Shown here piece after piece: positions 8,130-18,050 of a stretch of 29,105 nt of DNA (position 1 is the first letter of the stretch; every line of letters begins with the position of its first letter). Position numbers and translations under genes: made by a program. The stretch is from a virus (lineage: Duplodnaviria; Caudoviricetes), in IMG/VR virus record IMGVR_UViG_3300017774_008386, positions 1 through 29,105 of that record; one strand, given 5' to 3'. Under the pieces are notes generated by a model. That model did not search any database and was not told the origin of the DNA. It worked only from the letters and a program-made list of their open reading frames with translations.

Positions 8130-9101
8130 ATGGCAGTAGTAGTAACTTACAATAGTATATTTGAAAAAATTAAATCCGAAGGAGGGCTTGAAAAAGCGCT
8201 TGCAGGACAAAATAAAAATCTAGGTGGATTTGGTAACGAAGGAGGAAATCCTGACGAAAGTGGAGGTGCATTTAATCCACAAGCATTAGTCGGTAGTAGT
8301 ATTGAGATAGAGTTCCAACCATTACCAGTTATTGATTATCCTATGGATGATCAGCAGTTCCAAGGAACAACAACAACTACAAAAGTAGATCTTAATAAAT
8401 TACTATCAATAAAACCGGGAGGAAAGGGTGGTTTGTTTGTTAACAACTATCTAAAGGGAGAAGGACAGGCAATACTAAACGCTAGTAGGATTATAGTCAA
8501 CGCTTCGGAGGACTATCTAATGCTATTCGGAACTGATGTAGCAATAGCGTCATCTGGAAACGTAAATATAGATGCTGCAGAGCAAGTTGTAATTTATGGC
8601 GAAACGGGTTTATATTTGGGTGTACCAAATAAGGGAGAGGAGTGGAACGAGAATGTACCCCAACCACCTAAAGATAAAGGAGATCCAATACCAAATAATG
8701 CATACGAGCCATTAGTCTTAGGCTTTAAATTAGCAAACTTACTTGATGATATACTTTTTGTTTTAAAAAACGCTAACATTATAACAACAGTAGGACAGGC
8801 TTATTTCCTAGAAGATACACAGCACGAATTTAGAATGTTAGCAGATCGGATACCTGAAATACTAAGTACATTTGCCTATGTAGATGGAGTGAGTCACGAT
8901 AAAGCAATAACACCTAAAGCACCACCACCAGAAACAGTCACAGCATATCCAACAAAACTTATAGGTACAATAACAGCAATGGGCCCATCACAAACGGGAG
9001 TCAATCCAAACGCAACACCAGTATCACCAATAACATCACCATTAAAAGACTTACCAGGATTTTATGAATCAACAGACGGAGCAACAGTTAACAACACATA
9101 A
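8130..9101 (+). CDS. Baseplate spike (gp5-like), C-terminal beta-helix part
   Basis: About 8-residue beta repeats (QAILNASRIIVNASEDYLMLFGTDVAIASSGNVNIDAAEQVVIYG..LYLG), then EPLVLG plus a helix. Confidence 0.6.
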   Translation: MAVVVTYNSIFEKIKSEGGLEKALAGQNKNLGGFGNEGGNPDESGGAFNPQALVGSSIEIEFQPLPVIDYPMDDQQFQGTTTTTKVDLNKLLSIKPGGKGGLFVNNYLKGEGQAILNASRIIVNASEDYLMLFGTDVAIASSGNVNIDAAEQVVIYGETGLYLGVPNKGEEWNENVPQPPKDKGDPIPNNAYEPLVLGFKLANLLDDILFVLKNANIITTVGQAYFLEDTQHEFRMLADRIPEILSTFAYVDGVSHDKAITPKAPPPETVTAYPTKLIGTITAMGPSQTGVNPNATPVSPITSPLKDLPGFYESTDGATVNNT

Positions 9102-9107
9102 ACACTA

Positions 9108-10781
9108 ATGGCAAATTTAAAAGACAAACTAGGACAGATACCAGGAGGTTCGCAAGTAGTAGAGCAAGAAGCTTACACTTACTTTATAATGATGGCTAAT
9201 GCTTTCAAAGTAGATAAAGGTTTGGAATTAAAAATAGAACAAGCTTATATGTCAAAATACGAAGTGACAGACGAGTTGAGAAAAATGGTAAAAGATAAAA
9301 AAGAAACAGATCCAATAATTGGACCACTGTTAAATAAAGCAAATAAAATTGAAGAAATATTTAACATTCCACCACCTGCAACATCACCAAACACAACACC
9401 ACAACAGACGTATAGGTATATACCAGTAGATGGAGATGCTTTTGTAAGCATAAAAGTTATGTATGGTGAAATTGATGTAGCCACAAAGGAGTATCAAAAG
9501 CCAACATACACTGAAGAAACAGCATTAGCTGCGCTAAAAGCATCAGTAGATGCTAACGGTATTGTTGGCGATAATGGTACTACTTATGCACCTGGCAGTG
9601 TTACAACAACAACACCTACACCTACACCACCGCTATTTAACGCAGACTCATATCCAAAACTTGAAGAATATATTAAGGGATTAAAAGAGTCTGATTTTTC
9701 ACCACCGCTACATCAAAAAGCTGCAGGTATGGACGCTAGTACAACACTATACCCACACCCATACTATCCTGGTCAAGATATTAGACAATCCGCAAAGTTT
9801 TTTTCTATAGGACCTGATGCGAATATGAAACCGGATACATATACTTGGCTATATAATAATTGTGCTTTTTATGGTTTTTTACCATACGGACACCCTACCC
9901 AAAATGCTGTCTACTATGTAGGAGCAGAAAAACTAAAGCAAAAAATTAAGGTAGAAAATAATGTACCTAAATCAATGTCGAGTTTATTAAAAACCGAATT
10001 ATCAAAAGACATAGTAACAGTAACTGTTGAAAAAATAGTATCATTTAGTACAACGGGCGAAAGTGAGTTTCCAATGGATCCATCAATAGATCTAATTCCA
10101 CAAGCTTTAATAGCAAACAAAGAAAAACAAATACAATGTGCTATAATTTCAGGAGTGAGTGCGCAGCCAATGAGAACAGATGTTGCAACAGCCATGGCTG
10201 CTATGATAAAAGCTGCAAAGGCTGAAGGTATAAGCTTAGCTATAAACTCAGGATTTAGACCAGCATTTCCTGCAGGATGGCCAAACAAAAAAAGCGGAGG
10301 TGGAAGTGCGGTAACTTCAAAAGGAGCAACAGTAAGTTTATGCGATCAATATTCACTAAGAACTCAAAGTAGATGGAGAGGAGGTGGAACTATGACAGAA
10401 GAACAAAGACTAGGTGCAAGCTCAGGTAAGTTTGATCCAGCAACAGCCCCACCAAATTCATCTCAACATGGAAATGGAGTTGCAGTCGATTTGAATACAG
10501 GAGGATTTCCACACTATCCAGCAAACCCGTTTATTGCGGGTGGAAAGAATATGTCTTGGTTAAATGAAAACGCTCATCGTTTTGGGTTTATAAGAGCAGT
10601 ATCATCGGAAGCTTGGCATTGGGAGTATTATCCACCAAACAAACCAGATGTTAATGGTAAGCACTCTAACATGGGTCCATACGCTATCGTACCAAAATCA
10701 AATTCAAATTGGGGACCATATAACACGGATAATTGGAAGTCGAAAGGTTTATTTGTAGGTAATGTTGGATCAACCGTATAG
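9108..10781 (+). CDS. Multidomain protein with a C-terminal M15B (VanY-like) Zn peptidase
   Basis: INSGFR, SQHGNGVAVD (SxHxxGxAxD, 10461-10490), WLNENAHRFGF and EAWH (ExxH, 10608-10619); Pro/Thr-rich linkers. Confidence 0.85.
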   Translation: MANLKDKLGQIPGGSQVVEQEAYTYFIMMANAFKVDKGLELKIEQAYMSKYEVTDELRKMVKDKKETDPIIGPLLNKANKIEEIFNIPPPATSPNTTPQQTYRYIPVDGDAFVSIKVMYGEIDVATKEYQKPTYTEETALAALKASVDANGIVGDNGTTYAPGSVTTTTPTPTPPLFNADSYPKLEEYIKGLKESDFSPPLHQKAAGMDASTTLYPHPYYPGQDIRQSAKFFSIGPDANMKPDTYTWLYNNCAFYGFLPYGHPTQNAVYYVGAEKLKQKIKVENNVPKSMSSLLKTELSKDIVTVTVEKIVSFSTTGESEFPMDPSIDLIPQALIANKEKQIQCAIISGVSAQPMRTDVATAMAAMIKAAKAEGISLAINSGFRPAFPAGWPNKKSGGGSAVTSKGATVSLCDQYSLRTQSRWRGGGTMTEEQRLGASSGKFDPATAPPNSSQHGNGVAVDLNTGGFPHYPANPFIAGGKNMSWLNENAHRFGFIRAVSSEAWHWEYYPPNKPDVNGKHSNMGPYAIVPKSNSNWGPYNTDNWKSKGLFVGNVGSTV

Positions 10782-10784
10782 CTT

Positions 10785-13700
10785 ATGCCACTTAATTTTG
10801 AATTAGATTTTACTCAGCCACTTGTAAACGATATGACAATGGGTAATCTTAGCGACGGTGAAGATTTTGCTAAAGCTATTGTCAAGTACTACATTGCAGC
10901 AGTAAAAAAAGGTATGCCCGTAGGTGTACCACCGTCACTTCCTGCACCGGGTCTAAATCCACTTGCACCCCCACCGTTTACAATAGGAGCTTCAGCAATA
11001 AAAGTAAACCCTACCAACAAAAAAGTGATGACGCAAACAATAAAAGCTTATATGGTATCTAAAGAGCTTTTATTAAATAAAGGGGCTGTTTTAGGACTTA
11101 AGCAATCCTTAGAAGGAGTTACAAACCATCTAAAGATGAAAAAAAAAGAAATACAAGATACAATTCAAAAAACAAAATTGCTTGTAAAAGAAATTGCAAA
11201 TTTACCAATAACTATTCAAGATCTTGTTGATGGATGTAAGGAGATTATACAAGAAGAAAAAGAGTCGTTAAAAAAATTAACAAACCTCTTTACTACTCTT
11301 GAAAGCGAATTTACAAAAGATGAGATTGCTGGTATGTTTGCTGAAGAGTTATCGCTAATCGATACTGTTAGTAATTTTAAATTAACTAGCTTTGAAGACT
11401 TACAACAAATACCACAAAAGTTCATACAAATAAATACAGCAATTAGTAGAATAGCAAAGAGTACCGGTACGGTAGGATTAACTACAAAAGTAGAAAATTC
11501 TGCAGACTTAGCAAGGGTGAGAGAGCTAACAAGAACTCAAGACAACATGCCACTACTAGGAACAAGCTTTATAAGTTCTGCTATGAGTCTTAACTTAGAC
11601 GCACAACTTGCTGATGCCACAAGAATTACAATAGCTAAAGAGGATAGGGTAGCCGCAGCAAAGCATTATATAGCTTCAAAGTTAGCACAAGCTGTAACTT
11701 CTATTGAAGCGTTAGCTAAGATAGTGCTAAGTCCACCATCATTTAAAACCTACATGAATAGGTTAATACAAAAAAAACCACAACATACAAAACTACTTAG
11801 AGCTATTGAAAAGTTTGAATTTATTAAAAACATAGCTGAACCTGAACTTAAAAAATTAGAAAAAAAAATACAAGAGTTAAAGCGAGAAATCCAAATAACA
11901 ATACAGCCTAAGATAGATAAAATAAAACAAAAAATAGAAGATAAGATAGCAGAAGCAACAAAAAAGCTAAACCAAAGTCAAGCAGTTGTTCTTTTTAAAA
12001 AAGTTAAAAAAAAGGTAAAGGAAATAGAAAAAAACCAAGTTGCACGTGCAAAGAAGGTTAAAAAGAAAATACAAAAAATACAAAAAGCTCTATTAATGGG
12101 AACAGATCTAGCACAGAGATCGGTACTCTTAGCAAAGAGCTTAGAAGCAGAAGTTGCTAATATTGAGATAGAACTAAAATTACTTGTGGCAGATGTTACT
12201 ACTAATTTTTCAAAAATAAAGGATTTAGGAAAAGGAGATCTAGAAGCAAAACTTAATGAGGCAAATAGAGTTCAAGCTAGCGCTGTCAGCACTATAGCTA
12301 ATACAAGCGCAATTACTGCAGCACCTCAAAATATAAACTCAGTACAAAGCGGAGCACAAGCTGCACAAAACATAGGCAACACCGTACAGAACCTATCAAG
12401 CACTGCAGCTAGTACACAAACAAGTTTAAGTAGCTTAAAGAATATATCTAACACTAGTGGAGATCCTGAAGTAACAGCATATCTCGTAGATGTTGGAATG
12501 ACTGATTATGCAAAAGTTATAGCTGCAATGGTTGCTAAAACTGGAGCAGATTTGTTTACGCTCAAAAAGGTACTAGAAACAAAGCGAAGTAAGTTTGGGG
12601 CATATAAAGAAACTATAGTAGATTTAGTTAAAAAGGCAAAAGAACTAATGAAACTTGTTCAAGAAATAGCAAACGAAACGCACTTTCCGGGAGCCGCAAA
12701 GATAATACAAACAGCATCAGGTATAGGAAATAAAATAGCGACTTCTAGTGTAGGTCGGTTTGTAGTAGGGCAGGCATACTCGTTAAGGCTACTGCTAGAC
12801 GATATCCAAAAAAAAGTTAAGCCGTATATTGATAAAGCAATAGCTTGGATTAATAAGCAGCTACAGACACTAAAAAAGTATATTTTAAAAAAAGCAGAAG
12901 AGGTTAAAAAAGAAGTAGAATTATATTTACTAAATCTCCTTCCTCCAACCTTTATGAAAAAAATGAAGGAAGAAATCTTAATTAAAAAAAACTATATAGA
13001 AGCTAAGAAAAAGAAAATAGAGCATTATCAAAGAATAATTAAACGATATGCTCGTAAATTTAAGTTTGTAGCAAGGGCAGGAAAGGGGTTTTTGCAGCTA
13101 TCAAATAATGTAATAGCAGGACAAAATCTAAGATATCCACCAAACGAAAAACCAATAACAGACCTACTTGAAGGTATGTATGGACTGCAGTTAGACGAGT
13201 TGGATCCAAGAGGAGGTCAAGCAAAGAGTATATTAGATGAAAAAAAAGAAGCTTATCGTAAGCTTGGGCAACTTAAGGCTATTGATAAATTAGCAGCTGG
13301 ACTATTTCTATTTCTTAAAGAGGTATCAAATAGCACACTAAAAGAGTTAATGCAAAAAGATATTGATGATTTTTTAGAATCAGTAAAAAGTACTAATGCG
13401 CCATACCTAGCAGCCATGGAGGTTGTTGCAGGAATAATGAAATCCCCACCCGCTAGCGAAAGCTTATTATTAAAACTACTTTCAGATTTAATTATAGACA
13501 ACACCTTTGAAGATAACTTTAACATTGCATTTCAAGAGCCAACTGTAGTAAACTTTTTTGTTGAATTTGAACGTAAGTATTTAAAAAAAGTAATAGAGAC
13601 TTTAAAAACTCTTGCAGACGCTAAGGCAGATGATAAGTCGGATTTTAGTATACTTATGAACCGGTGGGCAAATAGCTTGGATAAAAAAGTTCCTATTATA

Positions 13701-14141
13701 AAATTCCTATTACAAACAGTAATGAAAATTTTTAAAAAAATAAAAAGCTTTATAGAGGTAAAGATAGAAAAGTTTCTAGCAAAGGTAGAAAAAAAGCTTA
13801 AAGAAGAGCTTGAAAAGATTAAAGAAAAACATGAAGCCGAGTTAGAGTTGATAAGAAAGAGGTTGGTAAATGTTGACGCTATTATGATGTCAGTGGCTTT
13901 TGGTTTAGCGGCAAGGTTGTTTTGGACGGGAGCAAATTGGAAGGGACCAACTGGATCAACCCACATAACGTTTACTATAGGGCCATTTGTTAAAATGAAA
14001 GCACTACCAGAAGATGGCGTTGTAGGCTTTGTAAGAGAGATGGCAAAGAGCTTTGAGCTACAACTAACCACTATGGTGGGCTTAGTCCAAGCACCACCAA
14101 ATACTTTGATCCCACCTATACCATTTGTAGGCTACAAATAA
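10785..14141 (+). CDS. Large Lys-rich helical/coiled-coil protein, probably structural
   Basis: 1118-aa ORF with Pro/Gly-rich termini around ~900 aa of helical sequence; inside the baseplate block. Confidence 0.7.
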   Translation: MPLNFELDFTQPLVNDMTMGNLSDGEDFAKAIVKYYIAAVKKGMPVGVPPSLPAPGLNPLAPPPFTIGASAIKVNPTNKKVMTQTIKAYMVSKELLLNKGAVLGLKQSLEGVTNHLKMKKKEIQDTIQKTKLLVKEIANLPITIQDLVDGCKEIIQEEKESLKKLTNLFTTLESEFTKDEIAGMFAEELSLIDTVSNFKLTSFEDLQQIPQKFIQINTAISRIAKSTGTVGLTTKVENSADLARVRELTRTQDNMPLLGTSFISSAMSLNLDAQLADATRITIAKEDRVAAAKHYIASKLAQAVTSIEALAKIVLSPPSFKTYMNRLIQKKPQHTKLLRAIEKFEFIKNIAEPELKKLEKKIQELKREIQITIQPKIDKIKQKIEDKIAEATKKLNQSQAVVLFKKVKKKVKEIEKNQVARAKKVKKKIQKIQKALLMGTDLAQRSVLLAKSLEAEVANIEIELKLLVADVTTNFSKIKDLGKGDLEAKLNEANRVQASAVSTIANTSAITAAPQNINSVQSGAQAAQNIGNTVQNLSSTAASTQTSLSSLKNISNTSGDPEVTAYLVDVGMTDYAKVIAAMVAKTGADLFTLKKVLETKRSKFGAYKETIVDLVKKAKELMKLVQEIANETHFPGAAKIIQTASGIGNKIATSSVGRFVVGQAYSLRLLLDDIQKKVKPYIDKAIAWINKQLQTLKKYILKKAEEVKKEVELYLLNLLPPTFMKKMKEEILIKKNYIEAKKKKIEHYQRIIKRYARKFKFVARAGKGFLQLSNNVIAGQNLRYPPNEKPITDLLEGMYGLQLDELDPRGGQAKSILDEKKEAYRKLGQLKAIDKLAAGLFLFLKEVSNSTLKELMQKDIDDFLESVKSTNAPYLAAMEVVAGIMKSPPASESLLLKLLSDLIIDNTFEDNFNIAFQEPTVVNFFVEFERKYLKKVIETLKTLADAKADDKSDFSILMNRWANSLDKKVPIIKFLLQTVMKIFKKIKSFIEVKIEKFLAKVEKKLKEELEKIKEKHEAELELIRKRLVNVDAIMMSVAFGLAARLFWTGANWKGPTGSTHITFTIGPFVKMKALPEDGVVGFVREMAKSFELQLTTMVGLVQAPPNTLIPPIPFVGYK

Positions 14142-14142
14142 A

Positions 14143-14165
14143 AAAACTAACTATTTATAATAAAA
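14143..14165 (+). promoter_or_regulatory. Putative late promoter AAAACTAA-CTATTTATAATAAAA
   Basis: Identical to 27334-27357 except for one extra C there; 3 nt before ATG 14169. Confidence 0.7.
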
Positions 14166-14168
14166 AGC

Positions 14169-14633
14169 ATGAAAGCATCGGATTTTATAAAAATAATGCG
14201 CAAAGTTGTACGAGATGAAGTACGAACAGTTATTCAAGAAGAATTACGCTCAATTAAGCCAATATTGAACGAAAGCGCAACCAAGACAGTGAGAGTAAAA
14301 CAGGCAACTGAGCCACTGCTACAGAGCACTAAAACAAAGGTACCAGCAATAAAGACTGCATTTACTGGACCATTAAAGGATATTTTAAACCAAACAGCAC
14401 AGAGTATGTTAAATGAGTCGTATGAGGATGATGAGTGGCCAGATATGAATCAAGGAGCTCTTACTTCGGAAGACGCTCAAGTTGGAATATCAAGTATGTC
14501 TAGCCTAGCAACAATGCTAGATGACGATGCTCCACTACCACAAAACTACAACACTAGCGATCCAACCCGAGCATTTATGAAAGATTATTCAGCAGTCCTT
14601 AAGGCAGCCGAACAACACGCCATAGGTAAATGA
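14169..14633 (+). CDS. Hypothetical late protein (154 aa)
   Basis: N-terminal helix MRKVVRDEVRTVIQEEL, acidic middle, C-terminal FMKDYSAVLK; ATGA overlap with the gp25-like gene. Confidence 0.75.
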   Translation: MKASDFIKIMRKVVRDEVRTVIQEELRSIKPILNESATKTVRVKQATEPLLQSTKTKVPAIKTAFTGPLKDILNQTAQSMLNESYEDDEWPDMNQGALTSEDAQVGISSMSSLATMLDDDAPLPQNYNTSDPTRAFMKDYSAVLKAAEQHAIGK

Positions 14634-15055
14634 TAAGAGAGCAGCAGTATATTAATCCAATAGATTTCGAGCTGAGCACAGCTCTTGGATTAGACTTGCC
14701 TACAAACGGTCCCGCAGGAGCTACTTTTAAACTCAACTACCTATCAATAGATCAAGCTTTTGCAAACGCAAAAAACCTATTATTTACAAACAAAGGAGAG
14801 AGAGTGATGCAACCAAACTTTGGATGTGACTTACAGAATACGGTATTCGAACAGGTGAACGAAGACATTGTAGAGTTGGTAGAATCCAATATCAAAACAG
14901 CTTTTAGTTACTGGTTGCCTTACATATATATTAATAAGCTTGAAGTAGAACCATACGAAGATAAGAATCGAATTAATATACTTTTCATAATGAGTTTACA
15001 GGGAAATAAAATAGATACAAGATCAATTCAATTTGATGTACTAAATACACAGTAA
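14630..15055 (+). CDS. Baseplate wedge protein, gp25/GPW family
   Basis: NLLFTNKGERVMQPNFGCDL..VFE signature; 141 aa. Confidence 0.92.
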   Translation: MIREQQYINPIDFELSTALGLDLPTNGPAGATFKLNYLSIDQAFANAKNLLFTNKGERVMQPNFGCDLQNTVFEQVNEDIVELVESNIKTAFSYWLPYIYINKLEVEPYEDKNRINILFIMSLQGNKIDTRSIQFDVLNTQ

Positions 15056-16957
15056 ATGGCTAATATAGTAAAATCAACATCAAAGGATGTTAAATATTTA
15101 GGTAGAGATTTTGATTCTTTGAAAAAGGGATTAATTGAATTTACAAAAACATACTACCCAGATACTTATAACGATTTCAATGAAGCGTCACCAGGAATGA
15201 TGTTTATTGAAATGGCTGCATATGTTGGTGATGTACTAAATTATTACGTAGACTCTCAATTCAAAGAGTCGCTATTATTACACGCAACTGAACGTAGAAG
15301 CTTACTAGCAATAGCAGGAGCAATGGGATACAAACCAAAGCTCAGTATACCAGCACAAGTTGATTTAACGGTTATGCAACTTTACCCTGCATCTGGAAGT
15401 GGTGGCCCAGGTGGAGAATATACCTTTGATCCAAGGTATGGATTAAAGATAGACGCAGGAATGAGTGTAAGAGATCCAAATACTAATATTGAATTTATAA
15501 CACAAGAGGCAGTGGATTTTAATGATAGTACTCTATATTCTCCAACCGAAACTACTATATACTCTACAGATAACGATGGCGTAGCAAACTACTTTCTTGC
15601 AAAAAAAACAGTAAGAGCTATATCTGCACAAACAAAAACTCAAGAAATAATAGTAGCAAGTACACAAAAGTTTTTTAAATTTCAAATAACCGACGAAAAG
15701 CTAATAGCAATCGAGAGTATAATTGACTCCGAAGGTAATACTTGGTATGAAGTTCCATATCTTGCTCAAGATACAATTTTTGAAAAAGTAGAAAATACAC
15801 AATTTAATGACCCAGATGCGGCTGTGTACAGTCAAGATACTCCGTATCTAATGAAACTAAAAAGAGTACCTCGTCGCTTTGTATCAAGAACTACTGATGC
15901 AGGATTAGAAGTACAGTTTGGAGCCGGAGTTAGTGGCTCACCAGACGAAGAATTACTAGCAACTCCTGAAAACATTGGACTAACACTTCCAACTGGAAAA
16001 GATGACATAGACGCAAGTATTGATCCACAATCGCCTATTTTTACGGGTGCATATGGTATAGCTCCATCAAACGTTACACTCTACGTAACCTACTTAGTAG
16101 GTGGTGGAGTAGCAAGTAATGTAGCAAGTAACACCCTTACTGATGTGATAAAAATCAGCACCAACACAGACTCTTTTCCAACAAACACCGGTATTTTAAA
16201 TGCAAATATACTAAACTCTGTAGCTACGATTAATTTAAAACCTGCAAATGGTGGTAGAGCCGAAGAAAGCTTAGATGAAATTAAACAAAATACTTTAGCT
16301 CAGTTTACATCACAAAATAGAGCTGTTACAAAGGAAGATTATATAGTGAGAGCATATGCAATGCCAAATGTGTATGGAAGTGTATCTAAGGTTTTTATTA
16401 CCCCAGATGAGCAGTCAAACATTGGAACATCGGAGATCAACGATACAGTAGCTAATCCGTTAGCACTAAATATGTATGTACTAGGTTATGACTTGAATAA
16501 AAATTGTACGATTGTAAACCGAGCTGTAAAAGAAAATTTAAAAACATATCTATCGCAGTATAGAATGCTTACCGATAGTATTAACATAAGAGATGCTTAT
16601 ATTATTAATATTAGCGTTAATTTTGATATTATACCATTGCCTGGATTCAACGCCAACGAAGTGCTACTAAGTTGTATTGAAACCTTTAAAGATTATTTTA
16701 ATATTGATAAGTGGCAATTAAACCAACCAATAGCATACAGCGATTTATATACAACATTACTAATGGTTCCAGGCGTACAGACTGTACCAAGAGTAATGAT
16801 AGATAATATTGCAGACCCACTCTCAGGATATAGTAACGTATTGTATAATATTAAAGATGCAACAAGAAATGGAATAGTATACCCAAGCCTAGATCCAGCA
16901 ATTTTTGAAATAAAGTTTCCAAATAACGATATAAAAGGACGCATAGCAACATACTAA
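15056..16957 (+). CDS. Baseplate wedge protein, T4 gp6 / baseplate J-like
   Basis: RDFDSLK, DFNEASPGMMFIEMAAYVGDVLNYY, QFGAG, YLVGGG, GG..EESLDEIK and QNRAVTKEDY; follows gp25. Confidence 0.9.
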   Translation: MANIVKSTSKDVKYLGRDFDSLKKGLIEFTKTYYPDTYNDFNEASPGMMFIEMAAYVGDVLNYYVDSQFKESLLLHATERRSLLAIAGAMGYKPKLSIPAQVDLTVMQLYPASGSGGPGGEYTFDPRYGLKIDAGMSVRDPNTNIEFITQEAVDFNDSTLYSPTETTIYSTDNDGVANYFLAKKTVRAISAQTKTQEIIVASTQKFFKFQITDEKLIAIESIIDSEGNTWYEVPYLAQDTIFEKVENTQFNDPDAAVYSQDTPYLMKLKRVPRRFVSRTTDAGLEVQFGAGVSGSPDEELLATPENIGLTLPTGKDDIDASIDPQSPIFTGAYGIAPSNVTLYVTYLVGGGVASNVASNTLTDVIKISTNTDSFPTNTGILNANILNSVATINLKPANGGRAEESLDEIKQNTLAQFTSQNRAVTKEDYIVRAYAMPNVYGSVSKVFITPDEQSNIGTSEINDTVANPLALNMYVLGYDLNKNCTIVNRAVKENLKTYLSQYRMLTDSINIRDAYIINISVNFDIIPLPGFNANEVLLSCIETFKDYFNIDKWQLNQPIAYSDLYTTLLMVPGVQTVPRVMIDNIADPLSGYSNVLYNIKDATRNGIVYPSLDPAIFEIKFPNNDIKGRIATY

Positions 16958-16958
16958 C

Positions 16959-18050
16959 ATGGTACTAAGATTTTATCCAACAAAAGACGCAACAATATAC
17001 GAAAGCTCTCCACAAGAGAATACAGGGCTAGACACTATATTAGATTTAGTAAAAACAGTAGAAGGAACTGGTAGCTATAATTCACGAATACTTATAGACT
17101 TTGACTACTCCGCAATTTCTGCTAGTATTGTTGAGTTAGGTCTTAATCCAAATAGCTTTAACTGGAACCTAAAACTATACAGTACAGAAGCCTCAGAAAT
17201 TCCTTTAGACTTTACATTAGAGTGTCATCCTATTTCTCAATCATGGAATATGGGAGTTGGTCGATATGGTAACCTACCAGCAACTACAGAGGGTGTAAGT
17301 TGGCGGTACAGGCAAGGACTTTTGACACCACTCACAACTTGGACTACAAGCTCGTTTGCAGCTAATTCAACGGGATCGTATGTTACAGTACCAGGTGGAT
17401 GTAGTTGGTATACTACAGCTACGGCATCTCAATCTTTTGCTTATAAAGTATCTGATATAGATATGAATGTGAACGCAATAGTACACAAAGTACAATCAGG
17501 CTCTATATCTTTTAGTGGTTTTATTTTAAAAAAACAAGTAGCAGACGAGACATCAATTACCCCATTTAATAGTATAAAGTTTTTTAGTAAGGATACACAT
17601 ACTATATACTCTCCCGTACTTGAAGCTAAATACAACGAAAGTCAAACTAATAGTACGTTACCGGAAATAAACACAAACGAAGAATGCAATGTTATTGCTA
17701 TTAATTTAAAGTCCGAATACAAAGAGTCTTCAATTCCAAGACTTAAGTTTTCAGTTCGATATAGATATCCAACACTAACATACACAACATCATCAGTATA
17801 CCTAGATAGATATAAAATACCAACTGGATCGCAGTATGCAATATATAGCGCACACACTAACGATCCAATTGTAGAATTTAGTAATTATACTAAGGTTAGC
17901 CAAGACTCCGGTGGAGTATACTTTAGTTTACCACTAGAAGGATATCAACCTGAACGCTACTATAAAATACTATTAAAAATTCCAAATTCAGGATCATTTG
18001 GAAGTCAAATTTATGACGGAAATTGGATATTTAAAGTTGCAAAAAGTTAA
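16959..18050 (+). CDS. Virion protein with a DNRLRE/CBM96-like beta-sandwich
   Basis: KDATIYE..P..NTG, SRILIDFD, LKLY, HPISQSW, VSW and FFSKD....PVL follow the DNRLRE-domain pattern. Confidence 0.55.
   Translation: MVLRFYPTKDATIYESSPQENTGLDTILDLVKTVEGTGSYNSRILIDFDYSAISASIVELGLNPNSFNWNLKLYSTEASEIPLDFTLECHPISQSWNMGVGRYGNLPATTEGVSWRYRQGLLTPLTTWTTSSFAANSTGSYVTVPGGCSWYTTATASQSFAYKVSDIDMNVNAIVHKVQSGSISFSGFILKKQVADETSITPFNSIKFFSKDTHTIYSPVLEAKYNESQTNSTLPEINTNEECNVIAINLKSEYKESSIPRLKFSVRYRYPTLTYTTSSVYLDRYKIPTGSQYAIYSAHTNDPIVEFSNYTKVSQDSGGVYFSLPLEGYQPERYYKILLKIPNSGSFGSQIYDGNWIFKVAKS

Noticed and set aside
5919-13250. A8-A9 runs as programmed frameshift or phase-variation sites
   Set aside because: Explained by AAA Lys codons in intact ORFs; no alternative-frame continuation seen
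10785-14141. Tape-measure protein call
   Set aside because: Very Lys-rich, without Ala/Gly-rich or TM stretches, and no tail chaperone or tube genes beside it; not excluded but unsupported
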